A DNA stretch of 64,000 nt from Schizochytrium sp. TIO01 (GCA_004764695.1 SMSO01000033.1:1054001-1118000), one strand, 5' to 3'; positions 1 to 14,875 are shown, counted from the stretch's first letter. The notes: generated by a model from the sequence alone, not told the origin. Program-made: numbers and translations.

Positions 1-75
1 TCTTTCCGGGTCGGTGAATTGCACCAATCCACGAGCGCGAGTGAATTAATTAAATTATTCCATAGCCCAATAATA

Positions 76-128
76 AGTGAGTGAGTGAGTGAGTGAGTGA
101 GTGAGTGAGTGAGTGAGTGAGTGAGTGA
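76..128. repeat. (GTGA)n tetranucleotide microsatellite
   Basis: Perfect gtgagtga... run, about 13 units, preceded by AAGTGAGT. Confidence 0.95.
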
Positions 129-609
129 GGTAGCAGATCATCCTTGCAGGTGCAGGTACCACGTCCAACCAAGAACTCATGAGCAATGGTTCTCCTTCCG
201 CCTCCACGCACGGTAGCTCCAGGCTCAAGCGCCGCCGCCTTTGCGCTAGATGGCTGGCGGCAAGCAGGCAAGCAGGCAATGCGGAGAGAGAGAGAGACAG
301 AGAGAGAGAGAGAAAGAAGTCCACTGACTGAAGAAAGAAAGAAAGAACGGGCGAGGAAGGATCTCTCGGCGTTGACTGCAGCGTAGCTTGTTTTGGACAT
401 GCTACTGGTTCAGAAGACACAGCTCTAGCACTCCTGCGCCGCGTACTAGCTGCTACCTACGCTCCCCTAGACCGCCACAGGCAAAGCAAAGCGAACAGCG
501 GCGGACAACAACAGTCCGTACTAGTAGGAACCAACCCGTCGCAGGACAGAGGGCCGGCGACACGGAGGACGACAGGGCGGCTAACACAGAGAGCGGAGTC
601 GAGGTGGCT

Positions 610-692
610 GAGAAGAGCAGAAGAGCAGAAGAGCAGAAGAGCAGAAGAGCAGAAGAGCAGAAGAGCAGAAGAGCAGAAGAGCAGAAGAGCAG
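610..692. repeat. (GAAGAGCA)n 8-bp tandem repeat
   Basis: About 10 consecutive copies; source of the spurious EEQKSRRA/LLFCSSA ORFs. Confidence 0.95.
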
Positions 693-865
693 AGCGCCAG
701 CGCCACACGATTTTAGCGCAAACTTCGGGCAGAGCGAAGGAGTCTTTCTTCCCCTGGTGAGTGAGTGAGCAAGTGCTCCTCTCAGAGCTGTGGGGCCCTT
801 CATTTCCCGCAGTGCGGAGGCTTCGAAGCTTCGTGCTGGAGCGAGCTGCGAAACCCTGCGTTGCT

Positions 866-976
866 GCTTTCTCCATTGCTTGCTTTCTTCATTGCTCGCT
901 TTCTTCATTGCTCGCTTTCTTCATTGCTCGCTTTCTTCATTGCTCGCTTTCTTCATTGCTTTCTCCATTGCTCGCT
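866..976. repeat. 16-bp minisatellite (GCTTTCTTCATTGCTC)n
   Basis: About 7 near-perfect copies. Confidence 0.9.
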
Positions 977-3900
977 TGTTCACTCGCTTGCGAGAGGCCT
1001 CCGCTGGGACGGCCGGCGCCGACGGGCCAACCCCCTCTCTGGAGCTATAGCTAGCGTTTAAGCTCGGGATCCCCTGCCTACACTGCACGCACTCTGGAGA
1101 GATCGTGGGAGCGGAGGAACGGAGGAACGGTTCGAGTTTCGACGCATTCTGCGCAGAGCACAGCCCCTGTGCAGGCAGGCAGACCTTGTAGTACTGCTAA
1201 TAGCAGCAGTGCGCCTTGTAAAGGGTCCTCGTACAAGCAGCAGCGGCGCGGTATAAGAGGCCAAAGCTGTTTCGTCGCTTGTAGTAGTAGCAGCAGCAGC
1301 AGCAGAAGGTAGGTAGGTAGCAGTTGTGCTTCCCCTCCCTCCCTTCCTCTCTGGCGCTGCGCTTTGACCGGCCCGCCAGGCACCTAGCTGAGAGTGATAG
1401 ATAGCTGCCAAAGACGCAGATAGCTAGCTAGCTAGCTACAGCTTTTGCACACGATGATCGCGCTGATTGTTCTTTTTTGATTTTTTGGGGCCTTTGCTTC
1501 TCTTCTTCTTCAAGCTCCTTTTTCTTCTTTGGCTTCTTCCCGGTTTTATATTATACTAGCGAGGTTATTCTTTTAGATGGGTAAATGTTTAATTTATTTC
1601 TTTGTTTCTTTATGGAATATATAACTTAATTTTTATGAAATAGCCCAGTAGAAGTGGCCATGGAGGTAGTAATTGTGAAATGTAAAATAAAGGGAAGTAA
1701 AACTGCTGCAAATAGATGGTGCCAGTGCTGCTTGTGTTGCCCTACTTAAAGCACCGAAGGCATTGCTGCTGACCCATCCGAGACAAACAAACAAGCAAAC
1801 AAATAAACATTAATCAATCCAAGCCAACACAAAAACGCGAACAAACCAATGAGTGAGTGAATGATTAATACTCGTTGATGTAGGAAACGGCCTAGGTCGA
1901 GCTTTTGATAATACACAAGACTTGAGCTGTTTCGCTGCAAAGAGGTACGTAGGTAGTCAATTCATTGAGCAATTGCTTTGGCTTGACCAGGTTTCAAAGG
2001 ATTTTCACTCAGTACCTCCCTCCTCTGCTAGCGAGAGTGACGTCCATTCTAGTATCAAAGGATGCGCGCTGTTCTGGGATTCTCGAAACCTTAGTACCAA
2101 AGAGGAGCATGTCTCTTGGGTAGAGGATTCGAACTGGTCTCGATGAAGCTGCTCTAGTCGTTTGATAAATAGCGACGATGCGATAGACTAAACTACGTCG
2201 GTAGACAGGCTTGTATCCTCAGGCAAACTTGTATCCTCAGCTCGCTGGTGCTGCTGTTTATGAAGGCCAGTCAGTTCACTTCAATTCGAGACGGTGTGCG
2301 CTAAGTTTTAAAGGTGCTGCTTGTTTTATATTTGATCGCATGAACACCGGGCTGTTCCTGGACCGAATAGGCTGCTGCGTTTTGTATGTTTGAATCAATC
2401 CATCAATCAAGCCGAGTCGAGTCGATCGATCGAAAAGTAGGGAAATGGTTGGCTGGCTGGCTGGCGGGCTGGCTGGGCTGGCTGGCTGGCGGGCTGGCGG
2501 GCTGGCGTATGGGGCGGGTTTCTCGAGAGGAACATTATAGTAATAGTGATCCTTCTTCTTCTTCATCATCTTGCTGTTGGTGTCTCGAAATGTAGAGACA
2601 TAAAACAAATAAAATGATACGGCCTAAATGATATATATGTATTTCTATTTTTATCATTAAGTTTAAGATTTTTACTCGAGTTATCCTCGTCATTCAAGTT
2701 ATTTATGTATTAATTAAAAATAAGTTTATAAAATATTACAAGTTAAAAACATCGCTTTCCGTGTCTCCGTGTGAGTGTGTGTGTTTGGGGAAAATCTGTT
2801 CTGTGAGCTGCTCGAAAGTTTGACTCCTCCGTCGCTATTTAGCAGCTAAGCCGCAAAAACGAATGGCCGCCACGGTGCCCAAAGGTGCAAAGGCCAATCA
2901 TAATAGAGAGAGCCCACCGTGCCTTTGCCCGACTTCTTCGCTTTTGTACTTGGCTGGCCAAGTGAACAGGCTCGTTGGGGCCGCTAGGATCACCTGCTGC
3001 ACGCATGTAACAACAGCGTGGGCCGCTGGGACGGCGACGCGGTTCTATTTCAAATTAAATTTAAACAAATGTTAAAAAAGAACTGCTTGCTCAGAAAGGC
3101 GCCTAACCTCAGCTCCTAGATTTGCGGCCCGCAGTCAATGCTTTTTGGCGCAGTTGTATAGAGAAGTGGTGGTATTATATATATATATATATTATTCTTT
3201 ATTGGTTTATATAAAGAGAAAGCACTCTTTAGATTGTTTCGTGTATACCTACCTACCTACCTACCTACCGCTTTCGAGCAATCCCATTGGTCGCAATCTT
3301 TCAAAAGAAAGAGAAGATTTTTTATTTTAAAAATCAAATCAAATAAGACGGATTTTTACCATTTTCGACGTCGCGCGAATCGTTGATTTCTTAGCAAGAC
3401 GCAACACAGCACTCGGCCTTCGCAAGGCAGCGCCCTCCCTCGAAGATTAGTTAAACTATAAAGAGAAAATGATCAGCTAACAACTGATGAATTCTAAAAA
3501 AATGGCTCTCGTGCCCCTGGCTTTAGCTGCCAAAGAGATTATACCGCCACTGTAATTTCTGGTGGAAGATAAACAACAATAGCTGTGTCGAGTTCAGTCT
3601 ATAAAAGCGAAGGGCGGCGTGTGTAACTTTTGCTCACGAATGATGAGTTGCTGTATGAAGACAGACAAAAGATGAAAATCAAAAAAAATAATAAGTAGGC
3701 ATTCGGTTTTCCTTTTTCCTTGTTCTTCGAAATCGTCGAGTCTGTGAAAAAGACGTACGTATGAAATCCCTAGACATTAAGCCCCAGTTGAGAATTTGCA
3801 GTCCTATTTCACTTTGTTTTTTATCTTCCTTTTCTTTTCTGGCTTCATACCTTGATCTTCGAAGGAAGGTAAACGAACGAAGGCGAAATTATAAGTTTGA

Positions 3901-6856
3901 AAAAGGACTTGCAATGCTCGGTCATGGATACACGTAAAGGTGCAGTTGATAAACACCACCACCACCACCACCACCACCAATTGATGTCTATAAAGACTCG
4001 CTGCTTCAGCAAATATATTTTCACCAAGACAGCTAAAATTACAGATCCGTCCAATGAAAGGACTAACAAATAACCAAGACAGCTAAAATTACAAATCCAC
4101 CCAGTGGCAACACAAGCAACGTGAAGGGCCAAACACCCACAAATGTGGTTTCGTCGGCAACAAAGGGATCTTTCTTCTGCCAGGGAGCTTCTTTCAAAAA
4201 GAAAATGAACGCAAAAAAGTGGGTGTCTCTCCATCCTGCTCGCGAGCTCCAAAGCAACGCACACTGTGCAAACCTAGTCCTAGCCCAACTTTAGCACCTA
4301 CTAGGTAGAAAGATACCCATTCACTGGTGAAAAAGCAATCGAACTATTACCAAAGATGAAGATCTCCTATTGAAAAGCATTGGCAGCAGACACGTTTAAA
4401 ATACAAAGCTTTTATGAATGTCTTTCTGAAAAGTATTCATTCAAGTTCCTTTTCAAGAGAGTCGAGACATAATGACGAACTATCCCGAAGACTATTTACT
4501 ACATTTAAATAAAATAAAATTTTAAAAATAGATATACAGAAAAAGTGATCAGAAGATAAGAGAGAGTCTTAAGAATACGCTTCATCTTAGAACTTCGACG
4601 ACATCGTTTACGATTTCCAGTTCTCATGTAGCCCCACTTGGTTTCAGTCAATACCGGGTATCCTTTTGAGTTTCTCTGTCCTTTTTGCGTTATTTTGAGT
4701 TATCGTTATTCGTTTTTTGTTCTTCCCAAGCTGCACTAGCTAGCTAGCTAGCTAGCTAGCTAACGGCCTACGAACATACACCCGGTACTCAGGAATCTCT
4801 TTCTTCGTTTCGCATTTATTTTAAAGTTCAAGTGCGAAGACTTAGCGTTCGAAGGGAAGCTCCGCCAAGAAAAGCTCCGGCGTGCGCACGCTCTTTTATC
4901 GCGCGGGCACTCAACGTGGGGAAGGAGTCAGTCCTAGCCTTGGGTTCTCTTTTCCACGTTTTGAGCTCGGCGCAGCAAAATAAACCCCACCGCTCACTTC
5001 TGCGAAAGGAATAAAAACTCGGCCAGTTCAAGTCTCTCCCCCCCTCTTCTTTCTCTCTCTCTCTCTCTCTCTTTTATCATCAATCTCAATTTCAATTTCA
5101 ATTTCAATTTCGAGGTTGGTTTTGTCAAATTGAGTTTATCGCAAGCATCTCAGCTCCTTGCTCCCCAGGCGTCAGGGCAGTGGGATGTTATTGCGAAGCT
5201 TGGAACGGGCTCTCCTGCGCCATCCATCCACGCATCCTTCAAGGCCCCAAGCCCCGAGATTCGTCTTCAGTCAGAACTTGCTCCAAATTTCGCTCGTCTG
5301 CAGTTGAGGCGAGCGATTCTGTTCTTTTCGGAAAAGGTTTAAAAGAGGTTGGTTTGTTTGTTTGCTTGTTTGTTTTAGTTCTTGAAAGCTCGCTCGATTT
5401 CGACCCGACTGACTTCTTTCGCTTTCCTTCTGAATGATTCTTTCTATGCGCGGTGTCCCTGAAGAGAAGCCAACGCGCACACGGACAGGCCTCTATCTGC
5501 GCAGCAGAAGAGCAGTCCTCAGATCAAAACGATTCGCCATCCCAGTGAGCGAGTTTGTGAAAATAAGTTAGTAGTGAAAATGCTCTTTTTAGTTTTTCTC
5601 TTTCCTCAGTAAAGCTGCGATTCCTTTTCTTTTAGGGCACCTAAGTGAGGTGGTGGACTGATGAGGCAACGAATGAAGAAAAAAAAACACGTACCCACTG
5701 TAGGTAGGTAGGTACCTAGTCATCTGCATACGTAGCCATGGCTGGCAGCTTCTTCATCTCTTCTGCCCACGCAAAACGATCGTGCACCAACTATCATCAT
5801 CCAAGGCTTCCTTTCGTAAACTTTAATTTTAATTTTAATTTTTAAATTGATAGCAACGAAAATCAAGAATCAAGCAAACAGAAACAAGCAGGCAGAAGCA
5901 GAGCCCGGCCAGGTCAGGGATAGCTGGAACTACACTACACTCGCACTACAGACCTCGGCTTCGTCCTGATAAGAATCGAAATGCCTCGACGTCGGCAGAC
6001 TTGGGTAGAATATGGTACACAAACGTTTGCACGAACCGTACTGCGGGGCCGTGGGGATTCCTGAAGGGCCAAGCCCCTCATAGAGCCGCCCCGCAGATGG
6101 AGGGCCTGGTGAGAAGGCCGCCCTTCTGGAGACTCGGGAATCTGAGCGAGAGCACTCAAACTGCCTCCCTTTGAAACACGAACATACACACACTCACGCG
6201 TGCTCTTTGTTTGGCAGGGACGGCGAAAGTCTTTGAGTTTGACTGAAGTGGGGCTGTTTGATAATTTTTAAAATTGTTTGCAAGTCGAAGGGTAATGGAT
6301 GTTTCGATGAGGACTAACCAGGCCAGGCCAGGCCAGACATTGACTGACTACTGACTGACTGGGTGGCTGACTGACCGAGTTCTGACTTGGCTGGCTTCGC
6401 GTTCTTTCTTCTTCTATCTGATCCGCTATTCTTGCGAGGATCAGAAAAACCTTTTGAAGTCAAAGAAATTAGAAGAAAGCCCCTCCAGACAGGTAATAGT
6501 GACAAGAAGGCTTTTTTAGCATCGTGAAGAATCTTTTGGCCTCGCTTCGCTCCGTTTCTTTGTACTCTGGGATCTTCCCTATCGCTCGAAATCATTCTAA
6601 AACATTTTCTTTCTGGGCTGGCTTTCAATTGTTTATTTTATATTTTTTTTATTGGTATTTTTTTTATTTTTGTTAATGTTTGACGATTGCTGGAACTAAC
6701 TAAGCGCATGACTGCAACGGAGATAAAGCGTCGCAAACAAATCATTTTCCAACAGTCTGAATTTTTAAAAAAAAATAAAAAAATCCAAGGCCTGGATCAA
6801 GCTATACCTTTAAACAGAAGCCTGGCTCGTAGCAGATTTACGTATATACTCTTACA

Positions 6857-7092
6857 TAAACAAACAAACAAACAAACAAACAAACAAACAAACAAACAAA
6901 CAAACAAACAAACAAACAAACAAACAAACAAACAAACAAAACAAACAAAACAAACAAACAAACAAAACAAACAAAACAAAACAAACAAACAAAACAAAAC
7001 AAAACAAAACAAAATAAAACAAAACAAAACAAAAGGCATAAATCAGAAAACAGAAAACAGAAAACAGAAAACAGAAAACAGTAAACAGAAAA
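6857..7092. repeat. Compound microsatellite (AAAC)n > (AAAAC)n > (AGAAAAC)n
   Basis: Directly visible; the unit length changes along the array. Confidence 0.95.
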
Positions 7093-9765
7093 CCAAAGAT
7101 TGCAACGCATTTTCTCAATCGAAATCTATAATGTCGGTCACCAAGCCAAACTACATAACGTCTCTATGAGATAACCCTGCTTTTTACCCTCCGTCCAAAG
7201 ATCAATATTACACAAGTCAAGGGACACTATTCCTTTCGAACCTGTTACTCAAATCCATTTAACTCACATGACATGTTCAATTTTTAGTAGTGTCTTGTAG
7301 TAGTGGGTAGAGATCTTCACTTTTTTTTTTGTATTGCTTGATAATCTGACACTACATTTTTATACAGGTTGAATGTATAAATATTAGTGGCTAGTGTAAG
7401 GTATCAGTGTGTGCGTAAGGCTAGTAATAGCTTCAAACGCTTCCAGTAGAACAGATACAACCCACTGCCCAAGGATCTATGTTCATTGAAAATGCTTCCC
7501 CTAGAGAAATCGCAAATCACCCCCACCGGTTTCGACCTTCAAAGATGAGAAAATGTGTTAGGGAAGATTCCAGCTGAGGCTTTTAGCCAACAGAATGCCC
7601 AAATTGTCATCCAATTTAATTTCTAAAATAAATAATAATAAAAAGAGGGAATTCAAGACACTGGTTAGTAGGTCAGCTAACTTAATAATTTAGATACTTA
7701 CAGAAGTAGGTACTACGTGCCGCTGGTGTTTTGAAAAATAAATCGAAGGGAAGCACCAAGTAAGTGAGTGAAGAATGAAAAGATCGCGACCAAATCGATA
7801 CCATCTACTTGGACAGTTGCATTTCAAAGATTAATTTTTATTGAAGCTTTTAGTTGAAGCCCGATCTGGCATTCAACAAATATATATCCTTGCTTCAAAG
7901 TCGTTGAGATACCTAGAGCCCAACGTAATGGGATGGTTAAATTCGGCTCAAATGATCAAAAATTTTCTAGGGTATGCTATTTTGTGGCCTCCCTAATCTC
8001 TGCTAGTTTGCTTTGTTTTGTTTTTTATAAGTAGAGCAGCCTGGATTAAAAATGAGTAACAAGTATCAAGCTTCGTTTTATTGTTGGATTGCGACAGTTT
8101 CTGTGCCCCCAAGCCTCATCCCAGGTACGTTGGAAGAATCAATCGACAATTACCGAGATGAATTTTGCACGGCAAAGAATGTTTTCCCCCTGATATCTCC
8201 ATATGCTTGCTAGGCTTGAAATTTGCTCACGTCTGAACTTTTAATGGTTATTTATTGTTTTGGCTTGATATACGTCACCACTAGAACAAGGCAGCAGGAG
8301 TTATGTTATTCTTTTGTCCCTAGGCGATAGTATGATCGTTGAAAATGAATTTAAGTCTTAGAGGTGAGCATCATCTTTAACTCTATTTGTGAATTTTGGC
8401 TTCCGGATGTCCCGAATGGTTATAAGTTCGTACAGATCCACAGTCATGTGCTGCAGTTTTTGCTAGGCGTATTCTCGCCAGTGATCTTGCGAATGTGCCA
8501 AATTCAACATTTTATGGCTTGATCATCATTATTCTAGTCCCCGAAGCGCACCTTGGTGTTCCTTTGCGATTCTTTGGGAAAGCACAAAGGCCAATTTTGA
8601 TACAATCACACATTATGTTGATCCCGATTTATTGTGCACAAGTCGCATGAAATTCGCTATCTAAACTAGGATCTCGTTTAACTCAAGATTAAATCATTGT
8701 ACTATTGCTGAAAGATGAACTTCGCCGTCTAAAGGCTAACAATTAAGGTGAGAGTTAGAAGCTTTGAAGGAGGCTTTGGAGAGCCTGCTCTCAAAGCTTG
8801 TGATAGGGGATACTCTTGGACCTGAACTTTAAGGCGAATAGGTTCATATTACACAATGACGGTCTTGATCTATAATACACAAAACTGAAAGCATGATTAT
8901 TCCATTTTTTAAGCCATCAGCTCATAGTTATTACTATACTGAACATGAGTGGGTGCGCGCTTAGGACGATTCTTAAATGTTTTGGACTAACAATCATGCA
9001 TGTGCTTGCTAATTCACATCTTATATACGCTCACCCTTTAATACTTGTTATTGTTTTGTTCATAAATAATCCTTGCTTGTCCGCTTGTGGACATGTGGAA
9101 ATGAATACCCTTGCTACAGAATCAAAGTTGAAGCTTTTTTCTTCAAATGTCAAACTGAAGCCAGAGACAAGAAGCATTTCTTCTTTTGTTGATAAGGAAC
9201 TAGTAAAATCATTTTTGGGAACGCCTAACCACTTGTCCACTTTGAGTTCTCACGCTACCAATCACCAAGGTTTGCCAACATAAACATTATCAGATTCTGG
9301 AGATCATTTGAGGTTAGATTTTCGGCAGATTGTCAACCGCTGGTCTAGGTTTACTTTTGTGCAGTCTAAACACCGATGAAGATTGTTGTATTTTCCCACC
9401 ATTGATGGTTTTGGACATCGCCTAGCCCATCATCAATTTATTTTATTACTCACGATGTATTACATAGGCTGAAGTCCTCAGAACAGCCCTCCTAGAACTC
9501 TAGCAATGTTAGAAATGCTTGCCCTGCCAGCTGTCAATATCTTCCGCCTCCACGCATCTAACTTAACCATCCACTGGAGACCGGACACTCGATGACATAT
9601 TGTACATTCGGAACTTCCTTATGTGACTCAGGTTTGATTTCTATCTACTAAAACCAATCATAGATGGACATGAAGTGATTTACAGCAAAGCTCCTTCGAA
9701 AACCCTCTGTAAGTCCTGGGACATTAAACATGTTTAAGGAAACCCTCAGGCATTCTGTTAAAACT

Positions 9766-9908
9766 TATTGCAGGGTAGTTTGTGCTGTGCTACAGGCAGG
9801 ATGAATATATCATATCAGACCAATACACAGGGAGTGTAGAACAGAAGAACCAGGTTAGGTTAGGTTAGGTGAGGTGAGGTTAGGCAGTAGCTGTATATTG
9901 CTTCAATA
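9766..9908 (-). repeat. 3' LTR (143 bp)
   Basis: Shares tattgcagRgtagYttgtgctgtg and ggttaggcagtagctgtatattRcttcaata with the 5' LTR. Preceded on the minus strand by the PPT-like GCGTGGGAG (9909-9917). Confidence 0.85.
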
Positions 9909-12900
9909 CTCCCACGCAAATCACGCGTCAGGACCTGAAGTATTAAGTAAGCAATTAGCGTGTTTCCAATGTGATGGTGCTGCAAGTTGCTTGGTGAGTA
10001 AATCGGCTACGTTGCTTGTACCTTTAATATGGTGTACCTTGAATTGTTAGTTTTGTCTTCTATAAACCAGTACTGCAAGTTGTACTGCGAGATAATCATT
10101 TGGGCCATTAATCTCTTCCTTTTGGATTGTATTCTTTAATGCTTGACAATCTATATATACCTGTATTTCATTGATGTAAATGTCCATGTCTGCTAAAAGT
10201 TGTCTAATGAATTCTGCTATGCGAACACCTGCAACTGCAGCAACTAGTTCTGGTTCGTGAGTATTTCTTGCAACAGTAGATTTTTTGTTGTTTTTCATCC
10301 AACAGCACTATCATTGATCATAATAACATATCCTGAAACACTGCGGCGAACTTTGTCATGTTTCTTGCTGAAAGAAGCATCAGTATAGACATTCAAAATA
10401 AATTGTTTCTCTGAATCCACGCCTTTGAGTGTTAGAACTTTGTCCTTTCTGGCCTTGACATAACAGAATGCATGTTTAGGAACCTGTATATGATCTGCTC
10501 CATTCTTTTGACCATGACATACAAGTTGATGTAAGGTGTATGCCATATCAGGTTGAGTTTCAGTAAATACATGAGAATACCGACAAGTGAACGATAATGT
10601 TCATTCACAGAGACGTCAGTATTTTCACTTAACTCTTTAAGTACGGCTGGGGTTTTAGCTCCATTGCAATGTTCCATACATTGTCGAAGGGCTTTTTCAC
10701 AGTACTCCTTTTGGCTAATGGTACAGATCTTTCGGGACTTATCATATACATGTGCATCACTAAGAGAATCGCATTGCTTTTCACGATGAACTTTGACGCC
10801 GACATTTCGTTCGAATTCTTGGACTAGCGCATTTAGTGCTTGTGGTGTGCCAAACATTCTCATGTCATCAACGTTGATAGTCATTAGAAGACCTTTGCCA
10901 ATGAAGAGTGATTCATCCGTTATTGAACGTGTTACGCCATTATTTTGCAAGATAGCTGTCAACTGGTCCATGCACCTACGAGGAGCACTTCTGAGTTCAT
11001 AGAGACTTTTACGTAGATAATAACAATGACCCTCTTGTAAGTCAAGACCTTCAATACCACGAATGTAGAGTAATTCGCTATCTGGAGTTTGTGCTTCTCG
11101 AAATGCAGCTGTTACACCAACGGTGATAGCATCATAACCTCTCGTAAAGGCAATTATAGTTGCGACACGAATGTTTTCAACATTACCTGCTGGTGAGTAT
11201 ATGTCATACACATTCTCAATAACTTCATTGAAGCCTTGGACTACAATTCGTGCTTTTAACAGATAAGCCGATGATGGCTTCTTTGTGAAGTCCCATTTAT
11301 TCCCATTATGTTTGTCCCTGTGGTAAAGTATTTTAAGAGTAATGATTCCAGAACACCAGCGGACTGCAAATTTTAATATTCATTCATAGCAGCAACCCAT
11401 AATTGCTGGGATGCTTGTGGCAATTTTCGCATATCTGTATATGCGTCTGGAATTTTAATGTTGTCAAATGGACATGATTTTTACAAAGAGGTTGGGACCG
11501 GTTTGGTTAGTTGTTTATTATCTGTGTTTGTTGTTACGACAAAAGCAAAAAGCTCATGTTCCAAATCTTCTATTGAGGGAGTGGTTAGTTCATGTAGTGT
11601 CTCTTTCTTTTATAAAGAATCAATATCTAAGAAATCTAACCCTTTGTTCGTCATAGTACGAATACGTTTTAGACGATTGATATAGTATCGGCATTTATTT
11701 GCAGCGCCTTTGGCACTGGGACCAACATTGAGTGGTACATGTGGTTTGGGACGATGACTATCGTGTACATATGTGTGTTCAGAACTACTTTCGAGTTCAA
11801 TGTCTTCACGAGCATGATCACTTTGTGATTCACCGTCATCAACATTTAACTCAGTCGACTGTATCGTCTCTGAAAGAAATATATCTCTAGGAATTATAGC
11901 ATGATCCGTCATTTGTGACAATGGTATTAGACCTGGGGAATCTAGCACTTGCTTGTTGTTGTTCCCTTTGGGACTAATTGAGATGTGTGCTCTCTCTATG
12001 CCTCTTTGTAAAGACGATGGAGCTGGGGAATCTGGCACTTGCTCATTGTTGTTCCTTTTGGGACTATTTGAGATATGTGCTCCCTCTCGGTCTCTGATCA
12101 TCTGTGTCAAGACTGGATTTTATGTGGATGTCTCATTGGAAACTTGACGGCATGCACTTTGCGATATCTCAATGGTCCGCTCCATTATATCTGTGCTATT
12201 TATCGGTTGGTCATTATATTGTGGAGTATTAGGTGTAATAAAATGTTTAGTAATATGAACTGCTGAGGGTAAGTCAGGTGATGCATGCTATTGTTCTCCT
12301 CTTATCAGTTTGTTTGACTCTTCACGTGTCCATTGAGTAATTACATCGGGTGTCAAAGCGGTTTTTAACGCCATTGTACGCTGACGAGTTTGCTCAGCTA
12401 GTGCATGATCGTAAACCTCGTGTTTGGATAATTTTAGATTTTGTTTAGGTAAGACATGAATAGTTTCAGGCGTGTAATCATCAGCATATCCAAGGAAGAT
12501 GCCTAGTCCGCCCCTGTCTTCAAACGTTTGTGGAGATTGTGCCTTGATGCCGTGCAATTCTTGGTATGTACAGCATGGGCTAGGACAGATTACCAATATT
12601 TGGCTCCTAGTAACGCAGTTTTAAAATTAGAACGAAGACCGTTCATGGGTACTCAGTTGATGCCTTCAGCAGGATTTATAGCGTGGGAATGTGGTGGTTC
12701 ATTTTCCCACTCTAAAGTGTGGAGTAATCTTGCAAATTCTCCGCCTGTGCGAATTACAATGCACGAGGTGTTTGTACCCTGGAACCAAACTTGGGCAAAA
12801 GTATGAAGGGTCGTTGAAACATGTTCAGTGAATTGCATAGGATAAACATATATAAAGTCTGAATATAAGTCTCTGTAGACTATAGTATATTTGAACTTGT

Positions 12901-14875
12901 TGGGTACGCCTAGAACGTGAAATAGTCCCAACACATCAGCTGTAACAACTCGTCGAATGGATATAGCGTATGCTGTGTGAGGTCCCTTTGCCACTGGAAT
13001 ACGTTCAAAATTGGCAATTTTACAATTCATGCATAGAAAGTCTATTTGTGATGCAGGAATTTCTAGTGAGGATGCCATGTGTGGGATTGAAGCATGACCT
13101 AATTTAAGGTGAGCTTCTAGCCAATCGATTCCTTTGAAATTGAATTTTTGTGCTTTTTGTAGTGGCAGAATATTGACTGTGGATGGCCTTACAGGAATAA
13201 GAATTGGAATGTCAAACTACTTACTGAGTGAAATAACTTCTCCTTGTGGAGTTTTCATGCTATCCTTTAATAAGGAAAAGGAGAATTCATGATAGGGCAG
13301 AATGGAAGTTGACAGTAATGTGTGAGAAAGGGAATGCATGCAGTAGACTGTAAGCGTTAAAGGAACGGTTCTACCAGACATCGTTCTCACTTGTGTCTCC
13401 AGTGTCCCTTTCCCTAAAATTGGAACTGAGGATCCTTGAGCTGCATCCATTGATAACATATCAATGTTTTCATAATTTGAAGGAAGTTTAAGATTTGGTG
13501 TGACATGCATATTGTAACCAGAATCTATTAAAAGTCCTCCTGAGGTTGTCTGTGTTGACTTTGGATCTTATTTTAGATAATTCAGAAGTTGGGCAGTCTA
13601 GTTGAGATGGAAAGGTTCATCTTCGACAGGATGTGCAATTACTGTAAAAGGCGGTGTCGACGAGGGACGTCGACGTTTGTTATTCGACTGTTGCTGTTTC
13701 GGTGGTTTGCTAGGACAGACAGAAGGTCGGTGTCCAACTTGCTTGCAGATAGGACATGTTCTTGCTAAGAATCTGCAATTTTCCTCAACATGATTTTTGA
13801 GACCACAGCGTGAGCATTTTTCTCTTCGAGGTAACTGTTGTTGTGCTCCTCCGGAATTGTTGCTTTGACATGTAGATCGTTTTTGACGCTTGAACTGACG
13901 ATTGTTCTGGGAAGGATGGAAAGAGTTTGTTTGCAGATGTGTAAGTTCAGTGCTTCCAGTAGAGTTTTTACTGGCTAAACTCATGTATTGTATAACATCT
14001 TGAGAGTCAGTCTCTCGTAACTGTTTATGTAAATCCGCACTGAAGTGTGTAAGATGCACTGCTTTGTCAAAGGCTGCGTAGATTCCTGTACCCATGTTAT
14101 GAGTACGTGGAAGAAGACTTGTGAGAAACAGATAATCATCGAAGTTCATCCACGTAGCTTGCAGGCTACATTTGCAATTGTGTAGTTCAACGAGCCACTC
14201 TTGTAGTTCTGATGCATTCATAGACTTCAATGAGTTATCGAGATATTTTCCAAAACATCTGTGTGGAATGCTTCAACCTTTTGAAGATTCTTCAGACCAG
14301 GTGGCTTTTCGAATACGTGTTTGAGTTGAGACCAGGCTGCCCGGCCTTGTTTTTCACGGATTGGTCCACCGTAGAAAATAATTTTCTCATGAAATTCTAC
14401 ACCAGCTTGAGTTTTGAGTAGTACGAAAAGTGCACTATATAATTGATATTGTCGGACAGAATCAGTTGTAGCTTCAATGGCTTCAGGACTGCATCCTTTA
14501 TCCTCCATGATTATGATTACATAATCAGACCAGGTATCCCAGTTGCTTCCATCTATTTCTAGAGCCGATAGCATAGGAATCTCGAGTATTTTATCGAGTA
14601 AAGTGTCGGAATCGTCAGAGTCAGACTCCGACTCGCTGTTTAAGTCACAGCCGTTGGTTTTCTGACTTTTTTTATATAGCTTTTAAAACTTTGCTAGACC
14701 TTCTTGTAGCTTTCGAAACTCTTCCGCAGAGTTTTCATTCTGGCTCTGAGTGTTCGCCGCTTGGTTTGCAGCTTGGTTCGCAGCTTGGTTCGCCTTCTTG
14801 GCCTTGGGAGTCATCGTCGTCTCATCTCAAGATGTCTAGGAAACGAGTTGCTACGCTCATGGTTTTATGGCGTAT

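Noticed and set aside
50-1411. Many overlapping 60-150 aa ORFs
   Set aside because: They are translations of SSRs (THSL, EEQKSRRA, FFIARF); no domain or codon signal.
2120-2145. GTTCGAATCC T-loop-like motif on the minus strand
   Set aside because: The flanks do not form a T-stem or cloverleaf, so it is not a tRNA.
6687-7169. 160-aa KQTN-repeat ORF and antisense FVCL ORFs
   Set aside because: Open only because (AAAC)n lacks stop codons.
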